Virus record (IMG/VR): IMGVR_UViG_3300032254_000001
Location: 64,001-128,000 of that record
Reading direction: 5' to 3' (one strand)
Length of the DNA: 64,000 bases
From: a virus
Taxonomy: Duplodnaviria; Caudoviricetes
Positions 22,077-31,534 of the stretch are shown here, piece after piece. Under the pieces are notes generated by a model. It saw only the letters and a list, made by a program, of their open reading frames with translations. It was not told where the DNA came from and did not search any database. A program made the position numbers and the translations under genes. Within the stretch, counting starts at the first letter, position 1. Each line of letters opens with the position of its first letter.

Positions 22077-22799
22077 TTAATCCATAAAAAGTAAATCATA
22101 TTCAGGCCACGGACTAACGTCACCATTGATTATACGTTGTTCTTCGTATTGTACATGATCTCGTACCTTGTTGTCAATCATTATATTAAGCTCTGGAGCT
22201 ATAAACTTTTCGAAATATTCGTATTGACAGTTTGGTGTTGGGTGCATGTCATTTGAATCAAAGCTGTGTTTGATCTTTCGTAACTGTTTTGTTCTTGTTT
22301 GGTATTCTAATAGACTTTCACGTTGCAAGAAGTTATTGCTTATGTCGTCTTTGTACTTGTTGTATATTGCTAACAGTTTGTCAACATCATTGCACTTGCC
22401 CATCTCTCCTTCAAACAAAGGAAAGGCGCTAAAATTATATACAGTGTATCCGTTTTGCTTGGCATGTAAGTTTACCAATCTTATGTAGTCCATTGTAGCT
22501 GTAAAACGTTCCACAGGTGAAAAGATGTTTGCAAAGTATTCCATGTTGGATACAACTGATCCGGTGTAATGCCATTTCTTATCGTAATGATTCCAGCGAT
22601 CAAAGCCAGTCCACATCACTACGACAATATCATTTTCCTTAGCTGTATCTATTACACCACGTGCAATAGTTGCGTTATCGGCTCCAACCCTTCCTGCACG
22701 ACTGAACTCTGTGTAGTGCTTGCTTGCGTAGTCAGCCCAAGTGGGCCAAATATAATTTGTAAAACTGCATCCACCTACAACTAATTTTAAGTCTACCAT
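22077..22799 (-). CDS. SGNH/GDSL-like hypothetical protein
   Basis: VVGGCSFT...W...GADN..IA...VVMWTGFDR...DMHP. Confidence 0.5.
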   Translation of the reverse strand: MVDLKLVVGGCSFTNYIWPTWADYASKHYTEFSRAGRVGADNATIARGVIDTAKENDIVVVMWTGFDRWNHYDKKWHYTGSVVSNMEYFANIFSPVERFTATMDYIRLVNLHAKQNGYTVYNFSAFPLFEGEMGKCNDVDKLLAIYNKYKDDISNNFLQRESLLEYQTRTKQLRKIKHSFDSNDMHPTPNCQYEYFEKFIAPELNIMIDNKVRDHVQYEEQRIINGDVSPWPEYDLLFMD

Positions 22800-22833
22800 G
22801 CTGTATTATAACACCTTAGGGCCGGAACGTCTA

Positions 22834-23373
22834 TTATTCAGGTTTAGCTGTCCACCAGTCTTCCCAAGGGAAAACAATCCAAACATCGTGCTCGTCTTTG
22901 TAAATGGTTGTTCCAGTGTATGAGATTTCTTTGAAGTTACTTGAATTGTTATTAACGATTGTTGCTATGCGTACATTATCGCCGAATACAGTATTCCATT
23001 CAGGACTTGCTGGGCGGTTAGTGCTTTTCCAATCATCAACAATCCAGTCTAGTGTTGCGCCTGAGTCATTAATATCATCTACAATAAGAATTCGTTTCTT
23101 ACCTAACGCATCTTCTGCCATCCAACAATTTGATTCTGGTCCCATTGTATCTTTGTTGTCACGTAAACTAACGTCTAATGAATACATTGGTACGCCAGTG
23201 TATTGACTGATTAATGTAGCTGGCAAAAGCCCGCCTCGAGTTAGGCCGACTATGTAATCTGGACGCCAGTGACTTTTCTCTAAATCATGCAGTATGCTTT
23301 GAACGTGTCCTTCAACATCTGCATAACTTAAATATACCTTTTCTGTCATTTTTATCTCCGTTGTGTGGTTCAC
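22834..23373 (-). CDS. Type I phosphoribosyltransferase (xanthine-guanine PRTase-like)
   Basis: IVGLTRGGL and PRPP-binding ILIVDDINDSGATL; WIVFPWE. Confidence 0.9.
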   Translation of the reverse strand: MNHTTEIKMTEKVYLSYADVEGHVQSILHDLEKSHWRPDYIVGLTRGGLLPATLISQYTGVPMYSLDVSLRDNKDTMGPESNCWMAEDALGKKRILIVDDINDSGATLDWIVDDWKSTNRPASPEWNTVFGDNVRIATIVNNNSSNFKEISYTGTTIYKDEHDVWIVFPWEDWWTAKPE

Positions 23374-23378
23374 ACTAT

Positions 23379-24695
23379 TTATTGTGGTAAAGCAACTCGA
23401 GCAGTATAAACATACGTGCCATTGTTACTGTTTACAACATCAACCATGCCGTCACCTTTAAGGTCGATTATTGTAATGTACTGCGACAGGTCTCCTAGTG
23501 TAGCAACCCTTGTAAACACTTGGTTCACGTTAAGGTATACGCCAACATCAGTATTGCCTGTGTTATCGTTCTTAGCAACAATCATATCCTTAAAGCCATC
23601 GTTGTTAATATCTCGCACAATGAATGATGGATTGTAATTGTGTGCCATTACAACTGGGCTAGGTAGGCGTGTTGCTGTTTCGTCTACGAATTGACCAGTG
23701 GTGTCATAATCATTAATTAACACTTGAACAACACGGTTATCAAAGCCTGCGCTAGTGTTGCCAATAATTAGATCTTCACGACCATCGCCATTAACATCAG
23801 CTACATGAGCTTCTTCAATCTTGCCATCAAGTTGCGAAACTGGCATTGCTATTGTACCTGCGGTGAAGTTACCCTCACCGTCGTTTAGCTCTATGGTACT
23901 TACTGAGTCGCCGTTACCTATGAACAAGTCAGGTGATGTATCGCTGTCTGCTTTAACAAACTGAACCCACATTTCTGCCTGCGGCATAGATGTTTTAACT
24001 GTAAATGAACCCATGCTGTTGTTTTCAAATACGGTTGCACCTGCCCAAGCGGTATTAATAACTAAATCAATATCACCATCGTTATCAATGTCTGCGCTGT
24101 CAATACCGTGCGTATACCAATTACGGGTTAATCCCACACCACTAACATTGATCTCAGGCATGTTGGTATCCATTGCATCGTTGTTAAATGTACCGTATGG
24201 ATTCGAAAGTAATAGTACATCTTTCTCGTACCACGTTGCGCCTGTTGCTACGCCAATTTCAAGTCCGTGGTTACCAAAGTAAATATCATCAGCACCATCA
24301 CCATTAAAGTCTGCAACTTCAATATGACGAGCAAGTGCTATGGCAGGAACGGTAGCTAACATTGTGCTAGTTTTATCTTCTAGCTCACCTGCTGCACTTT
24401 GTAGGTATATCTTAATTGGAACACCTAACCAGGGCTGAACTTGATCATCGCCTGGATCACTGCCTGCAAATGTAACAACTAAATCTTCAAGCCCATCACC
24501 GTTGAAATCGCCTGTTGCTGAGTTTGTATATGATGATGTATCAAGTTGCGTTGCATTATTAAAGTATGTATCTGTTATTTCCGATGGTACTAGTGGCTCA
24601 ACTGGTGCTGTAACTGAAGCTGGACCGCCGCTTCCACCACCACATGCTGTTAGGATCGAACACGTTGCTGCCACTACTAGTATTGATTTAACCAT
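23379..24695 (-). CDS. FG-GAP/VCBS-repeat lipoprotein (beta-propeller)
   Basis: Lipobox LTAC; repeated DFNGDG/DIDNDGDIDL/DVNGDGREDL Ca-binding motifs. Confidence 0.85.
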   Translation of the reverse strand: MVKSILVVAATCSILTACGGGSGGPASVTAPVEPLVPSEITDTYFNNATQLDTSSYTNSATGDFNGDGLEDLVVTFAGSDPGDDQVQPWLGVPIKIYLQSAAGELEDKTSTMLATVPAIALARHIEVADFNGDGADDIYFGNHGLEIGVATGATWYEKDVLLLSNPYGTFNNDAMDTNMPEINVSGVGLTRNWYTHGIDSADIDNDGDIDLVINTAWAGATVFENNSMGSFTVKTSMPQAEMWVQFVKADSDTSPDLFIGNGDSVSTIELNDGEGNFTAGTIAMPVSQLDGKIEEAHVADVNGDGREDLIIGNTSAGFDNRVVQVLINDYDTTGQFVDETATRLPSPVVMAHNYNPSFIVRDINNDGFKDMIVAKNDNTGNTDVGVYLNVNQVFTRVATLGDLSQYITIIDLKGDGMVDVVNSNNGTYVYTARVALPQ

Positions 24696-24714
24696 AATAA
24701 TTACCTGTTTGTTT

Positions 24715-24868
24715 ACTATGTACTAATTATATGGCTATTTGGGCAAAAGGTCAACCTTTTTGTGCATTATTTTTGCATTATTTTGGGTAATAAAATCAAT
24801 AAGTTAGCACCCCGTAGGGGCTATGTTTTTGATTTTATAAGGTTTTCAAACCCAAAATCAATGACTTA
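24715..24868 (-). promoter_or_regulatory. Sigma70-type early promoter with IHF boxes
   Basis: TTGACC-17-TATAAT inside AAAAGGT-TG-ACCTTTT; IHF-like AAAATCAATAAGTTA 24792-24806 and AAAATCAATGACTTA 24854-24868. Confidence 0.8.
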
Positions 24869-25264
24869 CAGTAGCTTCAAATCACCGGTGATTTTGTCAA
24901 TTTCTTCAGATACGCCAGGCCCTATTGCAACTGCTGTATAGGTAGGAACCCCGCCAAACTCAGTAAATCCAGCATCCTGTATCAAACTGCATGGCAAACC
25001 AGCGTCTATTGCTTCTTTGTGTACTGATCGCAACTTTTCTTCGCTGTCAACGGATACGCAGATTTTAGTAAAGCGGCCGGTTAGCCATTCCTTTATGTCT
25101 TCATTTAAGTAAATACTAAAATGTTCGCTATCAGACATCTCGCCGCGATTTAGCAGTACTGCCATAGATGCATGAGCACCTTGTGCAACCATCTTGCCTT
25201 TGCGCATGTTTAAATCTTTACGCAGGACAATAACTTGCTTAACTGCTTTAGGGTTCTTTGCCAT
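24866..25264 (-). CDS. pth2: Peptidyl-tRNA hydrolase type 2
   Basis: KQVIVLRKDLNMRKGKMVAQGAHAS...W...KICV...IQDAGFTE...T..AIGP...IDKITGDLKLL. Confidence 0.95.
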   Translation of the reverse strand: MAKNPKAVKQVIVLRKDLNMRKGKMVAQGAHASMAVLLNRGEMSDSEHFSIYLNEDIKEWLTGRFTKICVSVDSEEKLRSVHKEAIDAGLPCSLIQDAGFTEFGGVPTYTAVAIGPGVSEEIDKITGDLKLL

Positions 25265-26149
25265 CTTCTTGGTCCTTAGGGTTTGGGTCGTTCATAACTG
25301 CATTGTCGACCATTTCACATAGCATTTTCTTAACGAACTCTTTACTCATCATTTCGTTATCGCAGTAAATCGTATTGTCACCTTCCTTAGTATAAAAGTA
25401 AAACTCACCAAAGCCGCATCCCTTAGCAGTCCATTGAAAGGCAGTAGTACCATTTGGGTAGCATCTATCTTCTAGTTTTTCAAACATTTCGTGTAGTGAC
25501 ATATCGTACCTTTGTTATTCAGTGTCTTCGGAATCGCCTAAGCAGTAACTCTTCCAATTCATTAATTCAAGTGTGTAAAGTCTAAGTTTTAGCTTTGACC
25601 TTGCACTACGTTCATCAGCTGGAATAGCTTCGTACTTTGCAACTAGACCACTGTAGCGTTCAATCTTAGCTTCACACCTTGCTGACATTTCGGGTGTTTC
25701 TTTTAACTTCTGCTGCACATCATCCAGTATTATAACCATATTTGAGAATGCAGGTGTAGTGAACATTAGCATTAATGTAATTATAATATATCTCATTGTC
25801 CTACTCCTTTAATCTTGTCAATCCTAGCATTTAGCTCTTTGATATCGTTTAATATTTTAGCAATAGCACCGTCGGTGTCTGCTTCTTCAAGCTCTTCAAC
25901 AAGCTCGCTCTTACGTATTAGCAACTCACCTATAATTGCATTTCTGGTTACAACTGCTTCTTTGTGTATCTGCGTTATAATCCTATTCTCAGACTCTTCT
26001 AGCTCTGAGTTAGTTACAATATACTTTCCTACTGTATCAATAGCTGTACCACCAAATGTAACAATAGTAATAAGACCTGTTACGATACCAATTAACATTG
26101 CTGCCGTTGCGAAAGGGCGGTTGTTAAACTGTGTCTTTAAATCTGTCAT
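25248..26149 (-). other. Three small hypothetical genes (secreted or membrane)
   Basis: 25248-25502; 25515-25796 (signal peptide, two Cys); 25793-26149 (TM plus coiled coil, TAAATA upstream). Confidence 0.65.
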
Positions 26150-26197
26150 TTCAATAACTCCGTATAATGTACGTATTTATTGAATTACTAACAAATT

Positions 26198-26758
26198 TTA
26201 CACCTCAACCTTGCAATGCGACTTAGGTGTTTCCCAGAACTCAACAGCTACTACCTTAACATCCATTGCAGCCATCTTCTTCTGCGCTATGTCAAGTAAC
26301 CATGCGCTAAGGTTCTCAGAGGTTGGAACAAAGTCTACAAATACCATACCTTCGTACTTTTCAAGTACTGCTGGTGTTACTGCAAGTTCGAGATCTTCTA
26401 AGTTTGGTGTCCAGTATACTTCATCGTGGAATACACAAGCTGCTATATTAAGTTCACCGTCTTCGCAAATCTCAGGTACTTCGTGTGTAATTAGTGGATC
26501 GTTAATGTCCATGATGAACTTGTGATCAAGTACATCATCAATGAAGTTCTTCATCCAACCTAAGTGTTTAAAGTCTGTAACCATGCCACGCTCTAGCTCA
26601 TCGCCTTCTAGCATAACTTTAAGTTTACCCTGGTGACCATGTAAATGCCTACATGCTAAACATGTGCCTTCGCTACCTGTAAAGTCTGCATTTAGTTCCT
26701 GCGACCATACGCGATGACCGTAACACCAGTCAAAGCTTTTATCAATTGTCCACTTCAT
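26198..26758 (-). CDS. queD: 6-carboxy-5,6,7,8-tetrahydropterin synthase
   Basis: YGHRV...CRHLHGH...MVTDFK...LDH...PTSENL...ETPKS. Confidence 0.9.
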   Translation of the reverse strand: MKWTIDKSFDWCYGHRVWSQELNADFTGSEGTCLACRHLHGHQGKLKVMLEGDELERGMVTDFKHLGWMKNFIDDVLDHKFIMDINDPLITHEVPEICEDGELNIAACVFHDEVYWTPNLEDLELAVTPAVLEKYEGMVFVDFVPTSENLSAWLLDIAQKKMAAMDVKVVAVEFWETPKSHCKVEV

Positions 26759-27413
26759 TTATTTTCCTCTGTTTGTCTTTTTAGTAGTAAGAATGTTATC
26801 TGTTCAGAGTTCTCTAACATAATCTTACGTATATTCTTTTGAGTTAAACCTGTTTTACGATGTATGTCCATTACAGATAAGTCAGCACCAAGTCCGTTTA
26901 CTACGTTGCCTATACGCGCTGCTTCGCGGAGCCTCTTTCGCTCACGCATTAATCGTACATGCTTATCAGTTCTTCTACGTTTTCTCATAGCCATATTATA
27001 ACATCATTTATATCTTAGTGCAAGGAGTAATGCATCGTTTTCATTGTTCGTTCCTGCGAATACAGCATCCTTATCACCGAACTCATTGTGTTCAAATATC
27101 TTTGCGTTGTTGGTGTAGCTACCGCGCATCATTGTGATTACGGTGTGGTCACCTAACTCTCTGTGCGGATAGAAAAACTCTTCCCTAAACGCGGCTGGAA
27201 CTAACCATCCATGCATGCCGTGATGTTCTGAGTACACTTTCAAATGATCAAGCTCAATGATGTATTTGAATCCGTGTAGCATATCCTTAATAGTGCTAGC
27301 ACCTTGGCTTATGTTCTGTTTGTTCCATTCTTTTTCTACTTGTTGGTCTTGGATACTTGTGTTCGCAAATGAACATTGCACCCATTTATCTTTAATTAGA
27401 CCTAGTAGGTTCA

Positions 27414-28202
27414 TTAGTCTCTGTATCTCTTGTTGAGTTCACGTACTAATTCTAAAAGATGTAACGGTGTTCCACTGTTAGCTGCATACTTAACGAACTC
27501 GCTTGTATCCTTTGGTAAACAATGTCCACCAAAGCCGTACTCACCATCTGGGCCTGGTACTTGCGTATGTGAAAATCCTACTCTTTTATCTAACGCTAGT
27601 GCTTCAACCATGCCATCGTAGTTTATACCAATGGTAGTACCGTACAGTCGTTTAAGCTCGTTAAAGAACATTACCTTAGTAGCAAGGAATGAGTTTTCAG
27701 CGTACTTCAAGAAGCCTGCACTTTCTAAGTCTAAGAAACGTACATCGTTAACTGTCATTATTTGACTAAACACTTCATGCCACCAACGTCCACCTGTGCC
27801 ACCGTAAATAGCAAAGTCACATTCACGGAACTCTTTAGAAGGGTCAGCACTTATGCTACCTCTAAGGAACTCAGGACTAAATGTAACACGACTTAAGTTA
27901 CGAAAGCCTTGCAATGTTGATACTGACGTTGTAGACTTAATTAGTACCTGAGCGTTTGAATGGTGACGACCAATCTCAAACACGTAGTCTGTTACTAAGC
28001 TATCATCGCAGCGACCATTGTCGGCTTGCGGAGTTGGCACACAAATAATAAAACCGTCTACGCCTTTTATATTTTTAATGTCATCCAGTCCTTGATACAG
28101 TATGCCAGTGTTTGGGTCAACTATCTCAACCGTGTGCTTATCGCCAAGCACTGCGGCAATTGCTTTACCTACAAATCCGTTTCCTATTACTGCAAATTTC
28201 AT
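27414..28202 (-). CDS. UDP-glucose/GDP-mannose dehydrogenase family
   Basis: GNGFVG Rossmann, ICVPTP, KST, SPEFL, KYAENSFLA, GFGGHCLPKD. Confidence 0.9.
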   Translation of the reverse strand: MKFAVIGNGFVGKAIAAVLGDKHTVEIVDPNTGILYQGLDDIKNIKGVDGFIICVPTPQADNGRCDDSLVTDYVFEIGRHHSNAQVLIKSTTSVSTLQGFRNLSRVTFSPEFLRGSISADPSKEFRECDFAIYGGTGGRWWHEVFSQIMTVNDVRFLDLESAGFLKYAENSFLATKVMFFNELKRLYGTTIGINYDGMVEALALDKRVGFSHTQVPGPDGEYGFGGHCLPKDTSEFVKYAANSGTPLHLLELVRELNKRYRD

Positions 28203-28936
28203 GCTACTGTTTCTGCCTCTTCTTCTACTGCTTCGGGCTCTTTAACTTTGTTGTATTCAGTGATGCCCCATACAATTGCATATAGTATCCAAATGTAATG
28301 GAATGTATATTCTGTGCAACTGTAGTCCCAGAAGTCACACATATCAAACTTTAATTCTTTATTGTCTGATTCCCATCTAAAAGACATAGCTGCATCGTAA
28401 GCTCGCATCTGTCCATCATGTGAACAATCAATAACTTCTTCTTGCAATGCTTCCTTAAGCTCTTCTAGCATCTGCTTGTATGTTTGTGTGTCTTCCGGGT
28501 ACGCTTCTGTAACACCTTCTTCGTCTTCATCTTCGTACTGTTCGGCAAAATTCTTGTAATCGTTCCAAACATTTTCTTCAAACGTTTCTTGTGAAAACTC
28601 CTCGTAACCATTACCGTCACCGCGAGCACCGTCCCTATCAACTGACTGCAACTTCTCAGCCCAGTAACTAGGATTAATTACATGCTTCTTGTTAAAGTCG
28701 TTGTCGTTCATAATAAAGAACTCAAACATATCTGATACACGACTAAACACATAGGTGCCCATGTCTTGACAAATACACAAGTAACCTGGCCACGTGTGTA
28801 TGTCAAAGCGATAGCACTGCGAACCATTGTTTGTAAACTTTAGGTGTCGGTACAGCCCATCATCCTTTATGATTTCCATGGAGTGGTTTTCTGTATCACC
28901 TAAGAATCTTTCTTTAACTCGTTTTTGGTCTAACAT
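28199..28936 (-). CDS. Conserved phage hypothetical protein
   Basis: IIKDDGLYRHLKF...FDIHTWPGYL...DMFEFF...NPSYWAEKL. Confidence 0.65.
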   Translation of the reverse strand: MLDQKRVKERFLGDTENHSMEIIKDDGLYRHLKFTNNGSQCYRFDIHTWPGYLCICQDMGTYVFSRVSDMFEFFIMNDNDFNKKHVINPSYWAEKLQSVDRDGARGDGNGYEEFSQETFEENVWNDYKNFAEQYEDEDEEGVTEAYPEDTQTYKQMLEELKEALQEEVIDCSHDGQMRAYDAAMSFRWESDNKELKFDMCDFWDYSCTEYTFHYIWILYAIVWGITEYNKVKEPEAVEEEAETVA

Positions 28937-29266
28937 TATATTACCTCAAAATAATCTATCTTACATTCGTATACTACACCATCCCAGACCACACCCTTTG
29001 ACATTTCAATTGGTATAACTCCGTACAGCACTATGTTCTCTTCTGAGAAATCCAGTCTTTCAATTTTCTTACCAATTCTAAAGTCTACTTCGAAACCGTA
29101 TTTTAGTTTGTTCCAAACCTCGTCCTTGGGATTTTCGGTTGTGTAATAACAACCTATTTCGACATTACTCATAAACGATGGACCAGCTACATGGAAACTA
29201 TGCCCTTTAAGGCCCAGTGTTTGCGTTTGATTTATTGCAACTGGTTTCTTTAGTAATTTCATAATT

Positions 29267-29340
29267 TGGCGTCTGTGAAGGGGTTCGAACCCTTGTCCTG
29301 GGATTTAGAGTCCCGTGCTAAACCGCTCAGCTACACAGAC
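29267..29340 (-). tRNA. Amber-suppressor tRNA, anticodon CUA, with encoded CCA
   Basis: GTCTGTG/CACAGAC acceptor, D arm GCTG-AGCGGTT-TAGC, anticodon loop CT-CTA-AA (29306-29308), 4-nt variable loop, T arm AAGGG-TTCGAAC-CCCTT, G73-CCA. Confidence 0.9.
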
Positions 29341-29554
29341 AGTATAAGTAATATTAACACAATAATGAAGCCAATACAACCCCAACATATCTTGCAAGGT
29401 GGCCGTTTTCCAAGCCCCAGCATACATTTTCTAATAACGGTTTATTAAAGAATGCTATAAACTTTTTCAAGCCAATAACGCTATTACTAGAACTACCGCG
29501 GTAAGCACCACTACGCTTACATAAGTTGGTACAGTTTTGGTTAATATGCTCATT

Positions 29555-30211
29555 TCATTTCTCATTTGGTTCGTTAAGTTTTTGATACACTTCATAGCGG
29601 GTATGAAATGCCCGTTGTAACTCCAACACATCATTCCACGGAACTTTTGATTTTACCATTTCGTCCGTTTCCATCATTGTGTTAGTTGCAAGATACGCTT
29701 GCGACTCGTCTAAATATACATGTGAATGATAACCTTCTTTAGTCAGGTAACCAGTCACTGTATCTCTAAAGCTTTTGCTTAGATTGTTCACTAAGCCTGT
29801 CATTTCGGTTCTGTAGTCTTCGTCTAAGTAAAAGAATGCATGTGCAAATTCGTGATCGATTGTATTGTCCTGGCAGTGTACGCCAATAACATAAAACGGT
29901 TCGTCATTGTATATCCACTCAGATAACAAGTCTCGTAACCTTTTTTCTTTGTCTAGCAGTTCATGTGGACACTCTGCAAAAAACTCACGCACTACATCAC
30001 CTGGAACATTAAAGCCATTCCAGTCTGAAAAATATGTAAAGTTACCAAACGCGCTAGCATACCAATCCATGTATTCTTCAAGGGTTGGAAACTCGCCGCA
30101 GAACTTAGGTGACTCGTAATACTCTTGCAACCGCATAAATGTTGAAGCTAGCTCGTACTGGTTCTCACCTTTAAGGAATATAATATTCTCTGTGCTGCTT
30201 TGTATTTTCAT
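29555..30211 (-). CDS. Hypothetical protein (possible metallopeptidase-like HE motif)
   Basis: 218-aa ORF; TIDHEFAHAFFY (HExxH). Confidence 0.55.
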   Translation of the reverse strand: MKIQSSTENIIFLKGENQYELASTFMRLQEYYESPKFCGEFPTLEEYMDWYASAFGNFTYFSDWNGFNVPGDVVREFFAECPHELLDKEKRLRDLLSEWIYNDEPFYVIGVHCQDNTIDHEFAHAFFYLDEDYRTEMTGLVNNLSKSFRDTVTGYLTKEGYHSHVYLDESQAYLATNTMMETDEMVKSKVPWNDVLELQRAFHTRYEVYQKLNEPNEK

Positions 30212-30370
30212 TTAGGTACGTGCACCTTGCCGCAATCTTTACAATACATTTTAGCATAATCCCAGAAACCATCTAAGCCACTGTTGAGCTGTTCTTGCGT
30301 TGCTAGAATGCCTTCATCGGCTGCACAGGTCCAGTTGTGTAAACCTAGTACCTTACAATTAAAGAATACT

Positions 30371-30763
30371 TTAATCTTTTTTAGTTCCATCTTGCATCAA
30401 CTTTTCTATCATTTTGTATTGATCGTATGCATCTTTAAGAGCAGGATACATTTCGTGTTTTTCAAAGTCCGCTTGCAATATACACATACGTTCTTGCATA
30501 GTTGCAATAAAGTCGCCAACGTTGACGTCATTAACTATTAAGTCACCGGTGATTTCCATTGCTGGGTCACTATCATCGACGCTCTCGCGTATAGTGAATG
30601 CTTCATTTTCAGGTACACCCACTGTATTCGAAACCCAACTAGCAGTGATCTGCTTAGCCATGTTAGCTGCGAAATCTTTAGAAGTTATTCCTAAGTTAGT
30701 ACGGTCGTAATAACTATCTAAAGATCCGAACTCGATGTCGAGGTAATCGTCATCATCATTCAT
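30371..30763 (-). CDS. Hypothetical protein, PALxDAYxxY family
   Basis: C-terminal EMYPALKDAYDQYKMIEKL. Confidence 0.65.
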   Translation of the reverse strand: MNDDDDYLDIEFGSLDSYYDRTNLGITSKDFAANMAKQITASWVSNTVGVPENEAFTIRESVDDSDPAMEITGDLIVNDVNVGDFIATMQERMCILQADFEKHEMYPALKDAYDQYKMIEKLMQDGTKKD

Positions 30764-30772
30764 TTTAGTTCC

Positions 30773-31453
30773 TTAACATTTATTGTTATGGAAGATAGAC
30801 ATGAACTCCGATTTTGTTGCTGGATCGGATTTAAACACACCACCTAGCTTGCTAGTAACTGTGCTACTGCCTACATCTTCAACACCACGAGACTTAACGC
30901 AGAAATGTTGTGCGTCAATTATAACGCCTACATCGTCTGTGCCAAGTATGAAAGAAAGTGCGTGATAGACTTGCTCAGTAAGACGTTCTTGTATTTGTGG
31001 TCTCTTGGCAAAATATTCTACCACGCGATTAATTTTACTTAGGCCGATTACCTTATCTTTTGGAATGTAACCAACTGTAGCAAAGCCGTCGATAACAACA
31101 AAGTGATGTTCACAGTTTGATTGAACATTAACATTGCGCTCAACAACCATTTCGTCGTACTTCATTTTGTTTTCTACTGCTGTACACTTTGGAAATGCAT
31201 CTGGATCTAAACCCCAGAATACTTCATTAACGTACATCTTCGCTACACGGTTTGGAGTATCTTGGAGACTATCGTCTTCCATATCCAATCCTAGTGCTCG
31301 CATTACCTGGTACATGTGAGAGCTGATTGTTTCAATTTTCTCAGTACGAGATAACTTGTTTTCTTTCATAGGAGTTTGTACTCCTTTCTTTACTAAGTGT
31401 TCTTGAACTTTTCGACCCAGATCAGGGTCCGTTTTGGTTTTATTATATGACAT
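30773..31453 (-). CDS. folE: GTP cyclohydrolase I
   Basis: DTPNRVAKMY, SNCEHH, GLSKINRVV..FAKRPQIQERLT, HFCVKSRGV. Confidence 0.95.
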   Translation of the reverse strand: MSYNKTKTDPDLGRKVQEHLVKKGVQTPMKENKLSRTEKIETISSHMYQVMRALGLDMEDDSLQDTPNRVAKMYVNEVFWGLDPDAFPKCTAVENKMKYDEMVVERNVNVQSNCEHHFVVIDGFATVGYIPKDKVIGLSKINRVVEYFAKRPQIQERLTEQVYHALSFILGTDDVGVIIDAQHFCVKSRGVEDVGSSTVTSKLGGVFKSDPATKSEFMSIFHNNKC

Positions 31454-31476
31454 TTATTTTCCTTCCTTACACGGAT

Positions 31477-31506
31477 ATTATACTTGGATTGACAACGTAT
31501 TGTCAA
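31477..31506 (-). promoter_or_regulatory. Sigma70 promoter of folE with palindromic operator
   Basis: TTGACA-18-TATAAT; TTGACA-ACGTAT-TGTCAA inverted repeat 31489-31506. Confidence 0.65.
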
Positions 31507-31534
31507 CATGCTTTGTTACCTTTATGTAACAATA

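Noticed and set aside
29266-29448. 60-aa plus-strand ORF
   Set aside because: It is the antisense of the tRNA.
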